This document shows, piece by piece, positions 1-17,001 of a stretch of 64,000 nucleotides of DNA (the stretch's first letter is position 1; each line of letters begins with the position of its first letter). The DNA comes from Eledone cirrhosa. Its lineage: Eukaryota. The DNA lies in contig OZ024742.1 of NCBI GenBank assembly GCA_964016885.1, positions 323,578,001 through 323,642,000 of the forward strand, read 5' to 3'. A model generated the notes under the pieces. That model worked only from the letters and a program-made list of their open reading frames with translations, was not told the origin of the DNA and ran no database searches. A program made the position numbers and the translations under genes.

Positions 1-182
1 CTTGAAAAGTACAAAACAGCACTATAACTGCATTACATTAAAATTGAAGTTTTTACTTTACTTCACTGCAGAATATTACAATATCTCCACCAGTAAAGAT
101 ACTGTAAACATTTAAATTAACAAACATTTTTAGATATTTCGTGCTGAAGTATTACAGGTTAAGAATTTATCAGAAGCATTCT

Positions 183-385
183 TTAACCCTTTAGCATTTA
201 CATTACTCTATATTTACTATTGCATTTTCACTGTAAATGCTTTACTTCACATATTAAATCTATGAGATTTTGATATTATTTATTTTGAGAACAATACCTT
301 AACATCAGTATGAGCAGCCAGTTTGAACAGAAAGAGGTGAGAGAATTCTGGCTAGATGTGGCCAGTTTAAATGCCAAAGAGTTAA
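183..385 (+). mobile_element. piggyBac-type MITE, family 1
   Basis: TTAA-CCCTTTAGCATTTA ... TAAATGCCAAAGAG-TTAA: terminal inverted repeats starting CCCTTT with TTAA on both sides; six further copies in the window. Confidence 0.8.
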
Positions 386-814
386 AGTACCAAATTTGCT
401 TTTCTGTTTGAGAACTGGTCAATATCAACTATGGATAGCGTCCAATAATTATATTTTAGAAAACTGTCAAATATTTGTTTTTCATTATATCTATCACAGA
501 TTGCTTTTCCATACAAACTCCCATTCCTTACAAGTAATATGTATGAGTCATCTTTCCCTAATCTGACTTATACACTTTCAGCATTCTATGGTACATCAAT
601 GAAAGAACAACCTCATATTTACATTCATAGGAGAGTGGTCGATTGCCCTTATCAGTAGAATGTCAGACAACATGCTTGGTGGCATATACTTATGGCCCTT
701 TAAGTTCTGGGTTCAAATCCCACCGAATTCTAAAAATGATACAACCATCATCACCATCAACATTTTATGTCTTCTTTTTCATGCTTGCATGGGTTTGATG
801 AGTCTTTTCCAGTA

Positions 815-1180
815 TAGACTTCCTCCAACTGGAGAGAAATGAAGCGAGCCTGTTCTGCTGGATGTGTAATGTTGGAGTGAATAAACAATAGAGCACTAGT
901 GAGCTGAGAGAAAAGTTGAATATAAAAAGAATCAGATGTAGTGTGCAAGAGAGCAGAGTGTGTTGGTGTGGGCATGTGATGCATATGGAGAATGTCAGTT
1001 GTATAAAAGAAATGCTGAGTGTTTGAAGTGGATGGAAGAGGGAGACCATAGAAGACATGAAACAAAGTGATGACAACTGACCTTAAGAAGTATACTTCAC
1101 AGACAAGATGACCAATGATATGCTGTGCTGGGGAAGATCCACAATGGTGAATGTTGTTAAAATAAAGATGATTGTGATAG
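815..1180 (+). pseudogene. Old degraded RTE LINE C-terminal fragment
   Basis: Translates with stops to LERNEASLFCWMCNV...ELREKLNIKRIRCSVQESRVCWCGHVMHME...GRGRP, matching the C-terminus of the RTE copies at 10-27 kb. Confidence 0.75.
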
Positions 1181-1355
1181 TGATTTATTATCCTTTTGTT
1201 CACTGTGTGTGTGTCACCTTCATCTGCTGCTTATTCACCGCCATCTCATCTATCCCTTTCTACACTATTCAGTATACCATGCTGAGTAACGAAAACATTT
1301 GATATGTATCCCTCCACTCCCACATCCAATACCACCCATTAACTTTTTCACTCCC

Positions 1356-1718
1356 ATTATCGGTAGAAGGTCGGACGCCATGCTTTGCAGCATAGAGTTA
1401 CGGCCCTTGCTATTCTGAGTTCAAATCCCGCCGAGGTTAACTTTGCCTTTCATCCTTACGGGGTTGATAAAATAAAGTACCAGTAATGCACTGGAATAAT
1501 TGCTGGCCTTGTGTCATCAAAAGTAGAAACAATTATCATTAACACGGGTTGGACGCCATGCTTTCTAGCATAGTTACGTCCCTTTACGGTCTGAGTTCAA
1601 ATCCCGTTGAGGTTAACTTTGCCTTTCATCCTTACAGGGTTGATAAAATAAAGTATCAGTAATGTACTGGGTAATTACTGGCCTTGTGCCAAAAGTAGAA
1701 ATAATTATCATTAACACA
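1356..1718 (+). mobile_element. Two tandem copies of tRNA-derived SINE family 1 (Meta-domain-like core)
   Basis: Each has B box GAGTTCAAATCCC, core GCCTTTCATCCTTACGGGGTTGATAAAATAAAGTACCAG and end AAAAGTAGAAACAATTAT. The Meta-domain assignment is from recall of that domain. Confidence 0.8.
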
Positions 1719-1849
1719 CTACCTTTCTCTCTTACCATCATTCTTCTTCCTTGACACATTACCTGCTGGTCTCTATAATGTAGAAAAATCACCATCCTCA
1801 CAATGACATCAAGTTGTGGCAGAGATTTATGACATTCTACATTGTAAAA

Positions 1850-2022
1850 TACATAGGAGACCCAGGGTTAGACCCTGAGCAAGATGACTGGATAATATCT
1901 ATGAGCTTGGGTATCCAGCTGGATCAGTTGGAGCTGGTTGCTTCTGACAGGATCAACTAAAAGGAATGTTTGTGGACTCTGCTCCCACGACCCTCTCAGG
2001 AATAAATGGGCGAAAAAGATGT
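1850..2022 (+). pseudogene. Degraded 3' end of an Expander-like RTE LINE
   Basis: RRPRVRP...LGIQLDQLELVASDR followed by CTGCTCCCACGACCC, resembling the RRPRGRPRTRW...LEEVA...LLPPRP terminus of Expander-type RTEs. Confidence 0.5.
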
Positions 2023-2159
2023 ATCAAAACTCTCTTTTTAATGTGCATGAAAGCAGGTGGCTAATGAGGTAGTGATACAGTTGTCTATTCCTCTTATGTA
2101 ATTGTTTTTTTGTGTGTATTTTCTACTGATACTATATATATATATATATAATGGAAAAA

Positions 2160-2940
2160 TTTGAACAGGGACAAAACAGAGAGGCAGTACAACGAATGTT
2201 TATTAATTTCACGCTCTGGAGAGTGGGGTGTTGGTGGGGGGAGGGACGTTTCGGGCATAAGCCATTCCTCAGGTGAGAAGTGTGTGGGAACAGAGTTCAA
2301 AGGGTGTGTAGGGGAGTGGTGGAGAGACATATAGCGAAAGGAAACGGTGCGAATGAAAAAAATAAAAATAAAAATAAAGCATGATCAAAATACAAGGAAT
2401 GAAATAAATTTAAATATAAAAGCATGATCAAAATAAACTGAAATTAAAAGGGGGGTAAAACAGGTGGTGATAGGGTGTGGGGTGTGTAGGGGTGGTGGAG
2501 TGGGGAGAGGGAGATGGGGTGTCCAAGCGGGGAGGGCTGAAGGTGGTGTGTGTGTGTATGTGAAAGTAAGGGTTGGGGGAAGAACGGGGTTGCATGTTCA
2601 GGAAGAGGTGTGTGTGTGTGTGGGGGGGGGGGGGTCGGAGTGTCTGTGCGTGTGTGGATAGAGGGGTGGGGGGAGAGGAATCAGGAGGCTGAGGGTGTAA
2701 ATATGTGGTGGAAAGCACGTGTGTGTGGGGTTTAAGCGTGTTGTAGGTGGCGTGTGGAGAAAAAAAATTTTTTTGGGGGTGTGTGTGTGGGTGAGTTATA
2801 TAGGTGATTACGTAAGAGGATGGTTGAAAAGTTGGTAAAATCCAAAGGTGTTTAGTGGATTCTGTGGTGGTCAATTTCTACGTGCGAGTATTCCATGAAG
2901 CGATGGTCGGAAGAGGAGAGATGTGGGGTGCGCGCGCAAC
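2160..2940 (-). mobile_element. Probable Penelope-like element pseudo-LTR/UTR remnant
   Basis: C-rich low-complexity tract followed (minus strand) by a hammerhead core and AATAAA; bounded by (TA)n. Confidence 0.45.
2245..2275 (-). ncRNA. Minimal type I hammerhead ribozyme core (PLE-type)
   Basis: Minus strand CAC-CTGAGGA-ATGGCTTATGCCC-GAAA-CGTC: CUGANGA box, GGC/GCC stem II, GAAA, palindromic ACGT stem III, GUC site. Stem I pairing is not evident in this copy. Confidence 0.65.
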
Positions 2941-3454
2941 AGATGATGATATGTATATATATATATATATATCATCATCATCATCACCGTTTTACATCCG
3001 TTCTTCCACGCTAGCATGGGTTAGCCAGGTTCTGTAGTGGCTGGTTTTGACTGTTGCAGGGGACTTGTGTTGAGATTGTGTGTTAGTGACAGCAATGTTT
3101 TTCTGTATCTCTTTTGCCAGGTTCATGGCTAAAAGAAAAATGTTCTTGTTCAGGCAGCAGTTTTTGATTGGATTTGTGGTCACACCATATATCTATATAA
3201 TTGTATATATATATGTATATATATGTATATATATATGTATATATATGTATATATATATATATGTATATACACTGTATATGTATATATATGTATATATATA
3301 TATGTATATATATATGTATATATGTATATATATACCCGTCTAACTCATGCTAGCATGGAAGATGAACGTTAAACGATGATGATGATGATGATATATGTAT
3401 ATATATATATATATATATCATCATCATCATTTTACGTCCGCTCTTCCCTGCTTA

Positions 3455-5581
<2,127 letters not shown>

Positions 5582-6807
5582 CCCTTTGACAGGGTTGATC
5601 ATAACATTCTACTGAGAAAGCTGTCCAATATTGGTGTCACTGGAAAGCTGCTGCAGTGGATCAAGAGCTTCCTGTCAAACAGAACCCAACATGTTGTAGT
5701 TGAGGGAGTCAAATCAAGCCCAGCCAAAGTCAGTAGTGGAGTCCCACAAGGCACTGTGTTGGGCCCACTTCTCTTCATCATCTATATTAATGACATCACT
5801 GACATCATCAAACACAGCAACATTAAAATTTTCGCTGATGATTCCAAGCTCCAAAAGGTCATCAATGGCGTGGATGACCGGATAAGCCTTCAGTCAGACC
5901 TACTGGCTGTTACCCAATGGGCAGAAAAGAACAACATGTTACTGAACGAAGACAAATTCGAACTGATCCACTTTGGAAAAGAGGATGCTCTGAAACTCCC
6001 GTACTCCCTTCCCTCCGGGGAAACTCTCGTGGCATCTAACAACATCAGAGACTTGGGAGTAACCGTGGACAGCAACATAAGCTGGACCACGCATATAAGC
6101 AGCAAAGTTGACATGGCCCGCAGAATGTGTTCCTGGATCCTCAGAACCTTCCAGTCGAGAGATTCCCGCACCATTATCCTTCTCTTCTCTACTTTCGCCC
6201 GACCACACCTTGAATACTGTTGTCCACTGTGGTCTCCCCACACGAAACAAAGTATCATGAAACTTGAAGCTCCTCAAAGGGCAATCACGAAAAAGATAGA
6301 TGGCATGTCAGACCTTGACTACTGGGGTCGATTGGAAAACCTGAAACTTTACTCACTCCAACGTCGCCGTGAGCGTTATATTATCTGCATGATGTGGAAA
6401 ATGTTCCATCATCACTGCCCAAATGATGTTGGCATCGCCTTCAAGATACACCCAAGGCTTGGGCCCCGTGCTATCCGTCCCATTCAAAAATCTAAATCGC
6501 AACTCATAACAACAATACGGCACAATTATTTCACCTCAATCGGCCCTGCTCTCTTCAACATCACACCAGGACACGTCAAAACAGAAACTGACCACACAAA
6601 ATTCAAGAAGTCTTTGGACAAATTCCTCCAAGTAATCCCGGACAAACCACCCACACCCGGATATGTCTCCGCAAACAGTAATTCTCTTCTCGAATGGGCC
6701 ATGGTGCCCAAATCCTGAATTGAAAGACTTCGCCAGGTGGTGCTATTAAGTTAGACATGGCCTGGGCCAATACTGGCCAAAACATTTCAAAGTTATTCAA
6801 AGTTATT
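5582..6807 (+). mobile_element. 5'-truncated CR1-group LINE (RT C-terminal part plus 3' UTR)
   Basis: Stop-free frame to 6718: FDRVDH...[19 protein letters not shown]...FADDSKL...RDLGV...[13 protein letters not shown]...LQRRRER; 3' end has GGCCAATACTGGCC hairpin and (TTCAAAGTTA)x2 tail. Confidence 0.9.
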
Positions 6808-9136
<2,329 letters not shown>

Positions 9137-9265
9137 GGAGTCATACTTTTTCCTATTTCCCACTCTACTACCCTAAGTATTGAGTCCTCTGGTGCGTTAT
9201 GGTCCATCTGGTTCCTTACCACAATTCCTTTGTTATATATATGTATATATATATATATGTATATG

Positions 9266-9430
9266 TACACTGTAAATGTGGTTGGTGTTAGGAAGGGTAT
9301 CCAGCTGTAGAAAACGCGCCAGACAGGCCTATGCGAGCAAGACAACCACTCTTGCCTCAAGTGGGAAAACTCCCGTCCAAACCCATGGAAGCGTGGAACA
9401 TGGACGTTAAACGATGATGATGATGATGAT
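9266..9430 (+). mobile_element. RTE family A 3' tail fragment
   Basis: GGTTGGTGTTAGGAAGGGTATCCAGCTGTAGAAAA...TTGCCTCAAGTGGGAAAACTCCCGTCCAAACCCATG...GGACGTTAAAC(GAT)n, the same as the end of the full copy at 25853. Confidence 0.85.
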
Positions 9431-9444
9431 ATATATGTATATAT

Positions 9445-9805
9445 CATCATCAACATTTTACGTCCGTTCTTCCATGCTAGCATGGGTTAGATGGGTTGTC
9501 CTGTTGTGAGCAGTGTCTGGTCGGCTGACCATGCCTTGCTAATACAGGAACTGATTTTGGCTTGATTTCTACAGCTGGATGCCCTTCCTAACACCAACCT
9601 CATTTACAGTGAGTGCTGGGTGCTTTTTCTGTGGCGCCTACACGTCCACTTTGCAGTGTGGACTGGGTGCTTTTTTGCCGTGGCACCTCCACTCCACCTT
9701 GCAGTGGGAGGGTGTGGGGGCATATTGTCTATATGCTTCAGCTTGTACCCATGGGAGGTCGGGTACTCTGTATTATTGCGTGACGCCAGAGGTCACGGTC
9801 GTGTG
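9445..9805 (-). mobile_element. RTE family B 3' UTR fragment
   Basis: Matches 17002-17310, which is contiguous with the family B coding sequence; (GAT)n tail. Confidence 0.85.
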
Positions 9806-9825
9806 TATATATATATATATGGATA

Positions 9826-11008
9826 TCATCATCATCATCATCAACGTTCCACGCTTGCATGGGTTTGGACGGGGGTTTTCCCACTTGAGGCAAGAGTGAT
9901 TGTCTTGCTCGCATAGGACTGTCTGGCAGGTTTTCTACAGTTGGATGCCCTTCCTAATACCAACCACATTTACAGTGTGGGGCTGGGAGGTTTTTACCGT
10001 GTTGCCTACACGGCCACATTACAGCGTGGACTGTGTGTTTTTTTTGTCGTGACACCTACACGATCTCATTTGTTTTGGCCTGGATGTTGTGGGACCAACA
10101 TAACTTTACATTGAAAGGGGCGGTGTGGATGGGGTGGGGGTGGTGGGACGGAGGTGTATTTTGTTAGAGATGCCTATTGACTGTAGTAGGTTTTACTTTG
10201 TATTTAGGTAAGGCGGGTCTTCTCTATTACTGAGTACCGCCGAAGGTCTCGGTCCAGTGACATGGTCTTGGAGAGGTGTAAGTGTGTGAGGTCGGAATTT
10301 ATCAGCTCGTCCCAGGTTTTTCTGGGTCTACCTATTCCGTGGCTACCGTCTATCTTTATTGCCCTGCACTTTGTTATACAGCTATCGTCTTTCATGCGCA
10401 TCACGTGACCATACCAACGTAGCCTTCTCTCGAGTAAACAACATCTGATCCCTCTTATTTTTAATTTTTTCCTTAGTTCGTTTATGCTTTGCCGTTCACG
10501 TATATAACTGTTACACATCCAGTGGAGCATGCAAGCTTCGTTCCTCTCTAGTCTGCGTATATCCTCTGCACACAATACCCAGGTCTCACTGCCATGCAAC
10601 ATTGCTGTTCGTATGCAGGCATCATACAACCTGCCTTTCATTTTTAGGGAGAACCCTTTAGCAGCTAATAGTGGTATAAGCTCTCTGAACTTTTTCCATC
10701 CAGTTCTGACTCTAGCTACTGAACTTTCAGAGCACCCTTTCCCACTGCTGATTTTGTCACCCAGGTAACGGAAGCTGTCCACTATTTCTATAGAACCCTC
10801 TGCGCAGTTGAAAGAGCTAGTATTCTGTGGGCACTTGCTGCTACTTATTGCACCAGAGCACCGGCCACATGTAAAATCTATGTTCTTAGTTAGCTTACCT
10901 GTGATCCCACTACATCTTTTATGCACCCATACTTTGCATTTGGGACACAAAATGGAGTTTCTACCTACGCCTTTCCTACACACTGAGCATGGCCACTTCC
11001 CGGAAGGA
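9826..11008 (-). mobile_element. 5'-truncated RTE family A copy (PHD finger to tail)
   Basis: Frame SGKWPCSVCRKG...FRYLG...[16 protein letters not shown]...[10 protein letters not shown]...GRPRKTW, stop at 10204, then 3' UTR and (GAT)n tail. Confidence 0.92.
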
Positions 11009-11039
<31 letters not shown>

Positions 11040-11075
11040 GGAATATATATATATATAGGAATATATATATATGTA

Positions 11076-12037
11076 TCATCATCATCATCATCATCGTTTA
11101 ACGTCCGTGTTCCACGCTTGCATGGGTTTGGACGGGGGTAGTCCCACTTGAGGCAAGAGTGATTGTCTTGCTCGCATAGGACTGTCTGGCAGGTTTTCTA
11201 CAGTTGGATGCCCTTCCTAACACCAACCACATTTACAGTGTGGGTCTGGGAGGTTTTTACCGTGTTGCCTACACGGCCACATTACAGCGTGGACTGTGTG
11301 TTTTTTTGTCGTGACACCTACACGATCTCATTTGTTTCGGCCTCGATGGCGCAGCACCAACATAACTTTACATAGAACGGGGTGGTGTGGATGGGGTGGG
11401 GGTGGGGGTGGTGGGACGGGGTGTATTTTGTTAGAGATGCCTACTGGCTGGAGTAGGTTTTACTATATATTTAGGTAAGGCGGGTCTTCTCTGTTACTGA
11501 GTACCGCCAAAGGTCTCGGTCCAGTGACATTGTCTTGGAGAGGTGTAAGTGTGTGATGTCGGAGTTTATCAGCTCGTCCCAGGTTTTTCTAGGTCTGCCT
11601 ATTCCGTGACTACCGTCTATCTTTATTGCCCTGCACTTTGTTATACAGCTATCGACTTTCATGCGCATCACGTGTCCATACCAACGTAGCCTTCTCTCGA
11701 GTAAACAACATCTGATCCCTCTTATCTCTAATTTTTTCCTTAGTTCGTTTATGCTTTGCCGTTCACGTATATTACTGTTACACATCCAGCGGAGCATGCA
11801 AGCTTCGTTCCTCTCTAGTCTGCGTATATCCTCTGCACACAATGCCCAGGTCTCACTGCCATGCAGCATTGCTGTTCGTATGCAGGCATCGTACAACCTG
11901 CCTTTCATTTTTAGTGAGAACCCTTTAACGGCTAATAGTGGTATAAGCTCTCTGAACTTTTTCCAACCAGTTCTGACTCTAGCTACAGTACTTTCAGAGC
12001 ACCCTCCCCCACTGCTGATTTTATCGCCCAGGTAACA
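11076..12037 (-). mobile_element. 5'-truncated RTE family A copy
   Basis: Nearly identical to 9826-10770; ORF 11471-11908. Confidence 0.92.
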
Positions 12038-12065
12038 TATGTATATATAGGAATATATATATATG

Positions 12066-12101
<36 letters not shown>

Positions 12102-12130
12102 TATATGTATATATATATATATATATAGGA

Positions 12131-12161
<31 letters not shown>

Positions 12162-12234
12162 TAGGAATATATATATATATATGTATATAGTATTAATATA
12201 GCACAATAATGTTTTGAACAGTTCTTTGATTCTT

Positions 12235-12239
<5 letters not shown>

Positions 12240-12307
<68 letters not shown>

Positions 12308-12510
12308 GTATACATATATATGTATACATATATATGTATACATATATATGTATACATATATATGTATACATATATATGTATACATATATATGTATACATA
12401 TATATGTATATATATATATGTATATATATATATGTATATATATATATGTATATATATGTATATATATATATGTATATATATGTATATATATATATGTATA
12501 TATATATATG

Positions 12511-12559
<49 letters not shown>

Positions 12560-12699
12560 GTATACATATATATGTATATATATATATATATGAATACATA
12601 TATATATATATATATGAATATATATATATATATATATATATATGTATACATATATATGTATATATATATACGTGTATATATATATATGTATGTATATAT

Positions 12700-12779
<80 letters not shown>

Positions 12780-12839
12780 GTATATATATATGTATATATA
12801 TATATATGTATATTATATATGTATATATATATATATACG

Positions 12840-12870
<31 letters not shown>

Positions 12871-12902
12871 GTATATTATATATGTATATATATATATATA
12901 CG

Positions 12903-12934
<32 letters not shown>

Positions 12935-12968
12935 CGTATATATATATATACGTATATATATATATACG

Positions 12969-13001
<33 letters not shown>

Positions 13002-13172
13002 GTATGTACATATGTATGTATATATATATGTATATATGTATATATGTATACATATAGGTATATATATATATATATATGTATACATATATATTTATATATA
13101 TATGTATATATGTATACATATATATTTATATATATATGTATATATGTATATATTTATACACATATATATATG

Positions 13173-13205
<33 letters not shown>

Positions 13206-13376
13206 GTATATATATATATGTATATATATATGTATGTATATATATATATGTATATGTGTATATATATGTATGTATATATATATATATGTATGTATATATA
13301 TATATGTATATGTGTATATATATGTATGTATATATATATATATGTATGTATATATATATATGTATATATATATATG

Positions 13377-13407
<31 letters not shown>

Positions 13408-13856
13408 GTATGCATATATATGTATATATATATATGTATGTATATATATGTATATATATATATGTATATATATATATGTATATGTATATATGTATATATA
13501 TATATGTATATATGTATATATATATATATGTATATATACATATATATATATGTATATATATATATGTATATATATATATGTATATGTATATGTATATGTA
13601 TATATGTATATATATATGTATATATATATATGTATATATATATATGTATATATATATGTATATATATATATGTATATATATATATGTATATGTATATATA
13701 TGTATATGTATATGTATATGTATATATATATGTATATATATATATGTATATATGTATATATATGTATATGTATATGTATATATATATGTATATATATATA
13801 TGTATATGTATATATATATGTATATGTATATATGTATATGTATATATATATATATG

Positions 13857-13903
<47 letters not shown>

Positions 13904-13910
13904 ATGTATC

Positions 13911-13941
<31 letters not shown>

Positions 13942-14122
13942 GTATATGTATATGTATATATATATATATGTATATGTATATATATTTATATATATGTGTA
14001 TATATGTATATGTATATATATATATGTATATGTATATATGTATATGTATATATATTTATATATATGTGTATATATGTATATGTATATATGTATATGTATA
14101 TATGTATATGTATATATACATA
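12240..14122. repeat. Interrupted (TA)n microsatellite
   Basis: Read directly; TACATA and TATGTA units. Confidence 0.98.
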
Positions 14123-14160
14123 TTACACCCTGTATATATACATATACACCCTGTATTACT

Positions 14161-14501
14161 GCGTCACGCAGTAATACAGGGTACCCGACCTCCCATGGGT
14201 ACATGCTGAAGCATATAAACAATGTGCCCACCCACCCCCACCGCAAGGTGGTCGTGGAGGTGCCACGGCAAAAAAGCACCCAGCCCACACTGTAAAGTGG
14301 ACGTGTAGGCGCCACGAAAAAGCACCCAGCACTCACTGTAAATGAGGTTGGTGTTAGGAAGGGCATCCAGCTGTAGAAATCAAGCCAGATCAGTTCCTGT
14401 ATGAGCAAGGCATGGTCAGCCGACCAGACACTGCCCACAACAGGACAACCCGTCTAACCCATGCTAGCGTGGAAGAACGGACGTAAAACGGTGATGATGA
14501 T
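14161..14501 (+). mobile_element. RTE family B 3' UTR fragment
   Basis: Reverse complement of 9445-9787; ends GGACGTAAAACGGTGATGATGA. Confidence 0.85.
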
Positions 14502-14726
14502 ATATATTTATACATATGTGTATATATATATATGTGTGTGTATGTATATATATTTATATATATGTGTATATATGTATATGTATATATAAATATATGTATA
14601 TGTATATATATATATATATGTATATGTATATATATATATATGTATATGTATATATATATATGTATATGTATATACATTTATATATATGTGTATATATATA
14701 TATGTGTGTATATATATATATGTGTG

Positions 14727-14773
<47 letters not shown>

Positions 14774-14860
14774 ATGTATATATATATGTATATGTATATA
14801 TATTTATATATGTGTATATATATATATATATGTGTGTGTATATATATATATATGTGTGTG

Positions 14861-14891
<31 letters not shown>

Positions 14892-15058
14892 ATATATATA
14901 TGTGTGTGTGTATATATATATGTGTGTATATATATATATGTGTGTGTGTATATATATATATATATGTGTGTGTGTATATATATATGTGTATATATATATA
15001 TATATATATGTGTGTATATATATATATATGTGTGTGTATATATATATATATGTGTGCG

Positions 15059-15111
<53 letters not shown>

Positions 15112-15281
15112 GTGTATATATATGTGTATATATATGTGTATATATATATATGTATATGTGTATATATATATATGTATATGTGTATATATATATATGTATA
15201 TGTGTATATATATATATGTATATGTGTATATATATATATGTGTATATATATATATGTGTATATATATATATGTATATGTAT

Positions 15282-15313
<32 letters not shown>

Positions 15314-15353
15314 GTATATGTATATATATGTATATATATGTATATGTATATAT

Positions 15354-15425
<72 letters not shown>

Positions 15426-15447
15426 ATATATATATATATATATATGT

Positions 15448-15489
<42 letters not shown>

Positions 15490-15576
15490 GTGTGTGTGTA
15501 TATATATATATGTGTGTGTGTATATATATATATGTGTGTGTGTGTGTATATATATATGTGTGTATATATATATATA

Positions 15577-15644
<68 letters not shown>

Positions 15645-15662
15645 ATATATATATATATATAT
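14502..15662. repeat. (TA)n/(TG)n compound microsatellite
   Basis: Read directly. Confidence 0.98.
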
Positions 15663-17001
15663 AAAAGGAGACAATCACTTGATCACCTATCGATCAGGTG
15701 AACACGCCAGTCAGATAGATCATATCCTTACCAGAAGACATGATAGAGTGTCTGTTGTAAACACTAAATCCCTCCCCCATGAAGAATGTACCTCCCAACA
15801 TAGACTGATAATTAGCGACCTCATAGTCAGGACGAGACGTACTCGACAACAGAAGAGGACTATCCTCAGGAGAAAAATATGGAAGCTAAAGGACCCCACA
15901 GCCAGTAATAAATTTAAAAGCATATTACTTGATGCTTTTGACAGTAAGGAAGAGCAATTAGAGTCGTACAATATAGAGACACAGTGGGAATTCCTGAAAG
16001 CTAACCTGCTGAAGGCGGCAGATGAAGTCTGTGGCTGGAGCAGGCCTATAGGCAGGAGGAGAGTAACGTGGTGGTGGAACAGTAAGGTGGAGGAGTCAAT
16101 TATGGCCAAAAAGCAGGCTTGGAAGGTATGGCAGGATGGGGGAAGTAGAGAAGACTATCAAGTGGCCAGAAGGGAAGCTAGGAGACAAGTATACTTCGCA
16201 AGAAGGGAAGCAGAGGAAAGAAAGTTCAAGCATGTTCTACAACGTGAGGACCAAAAACGTGAGGTGTTCAGGATTGCTACGCAATGTGTTAGGGAAAACT
16301 GTGATATTGTTGGGGAGAAGTGTGTCCTTAATGATGATGGTGTACTTGCCATCACTGCCGCTGATAAAAAGGTAGCTTGGAAGTGTCACTACGAAAGGCT
16401 ACTAAATGAGGAGAATAAATGGGAGAAAGACAGTCTCCCCCACATCGATCCAATAGAGGGACCAGCAGTGCTAATCGAAGGTAGTATAATAAGTAAGGCA
16501 ATCAAAGATATGAAGATGGGTAAGGCAGCTGGGCCTTCGGAAATAGTTGCTGAAATGCTGAAAGCATCTGGAACAGTGGGACACACTATGGTCACCCGGA
16601 GAGTAAACCAAGTCATACAGAATGGGGTCGTTCCAAAGGACTGGCGTAGCAGCATCATCATTAACTGCTACAAGGGTAAAGGAGATGCCCTAGATAGGGG
16701 TAACTATAGAGGCATTAAATTAATGGAGCAGGTCATGAAGGTCACAGAAAAAGTAATAGCGCAACTACCACAACATCCAGTCTGAAACAAATGAGGTCGT
16801 GTAGGTGTCACAACAAAAAAACACACAGTCCACGCTGTAATGTGGCCGTGTAGGTAACACGGTAAAAACCTCCCAGTCTACACTGTAAACGTGGTTGGTG
16901 GTAGGAAGGGCATCCAGCCGTAGAAAACCCGCCAGACAGTCCTATATGAGCAAGACAACCAATCTTGCCTCAAGTGGGAAAACTCCCGTCCAAACCCATG
17001 C
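15663..17001 (+). mobile_element. Internally deleted RTE family A copy (endonuclease C-terminus to RT start, fused to 3' UTR)
   Basis: ORF 15679-16785: ITYRSG...SQIDHILTR...SQHRLII...TWWWN...KAAGP...YKGKGD...NYRGIKL; jumps at about 16766 into the family A 3' UTR. Confidence 0.9.
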
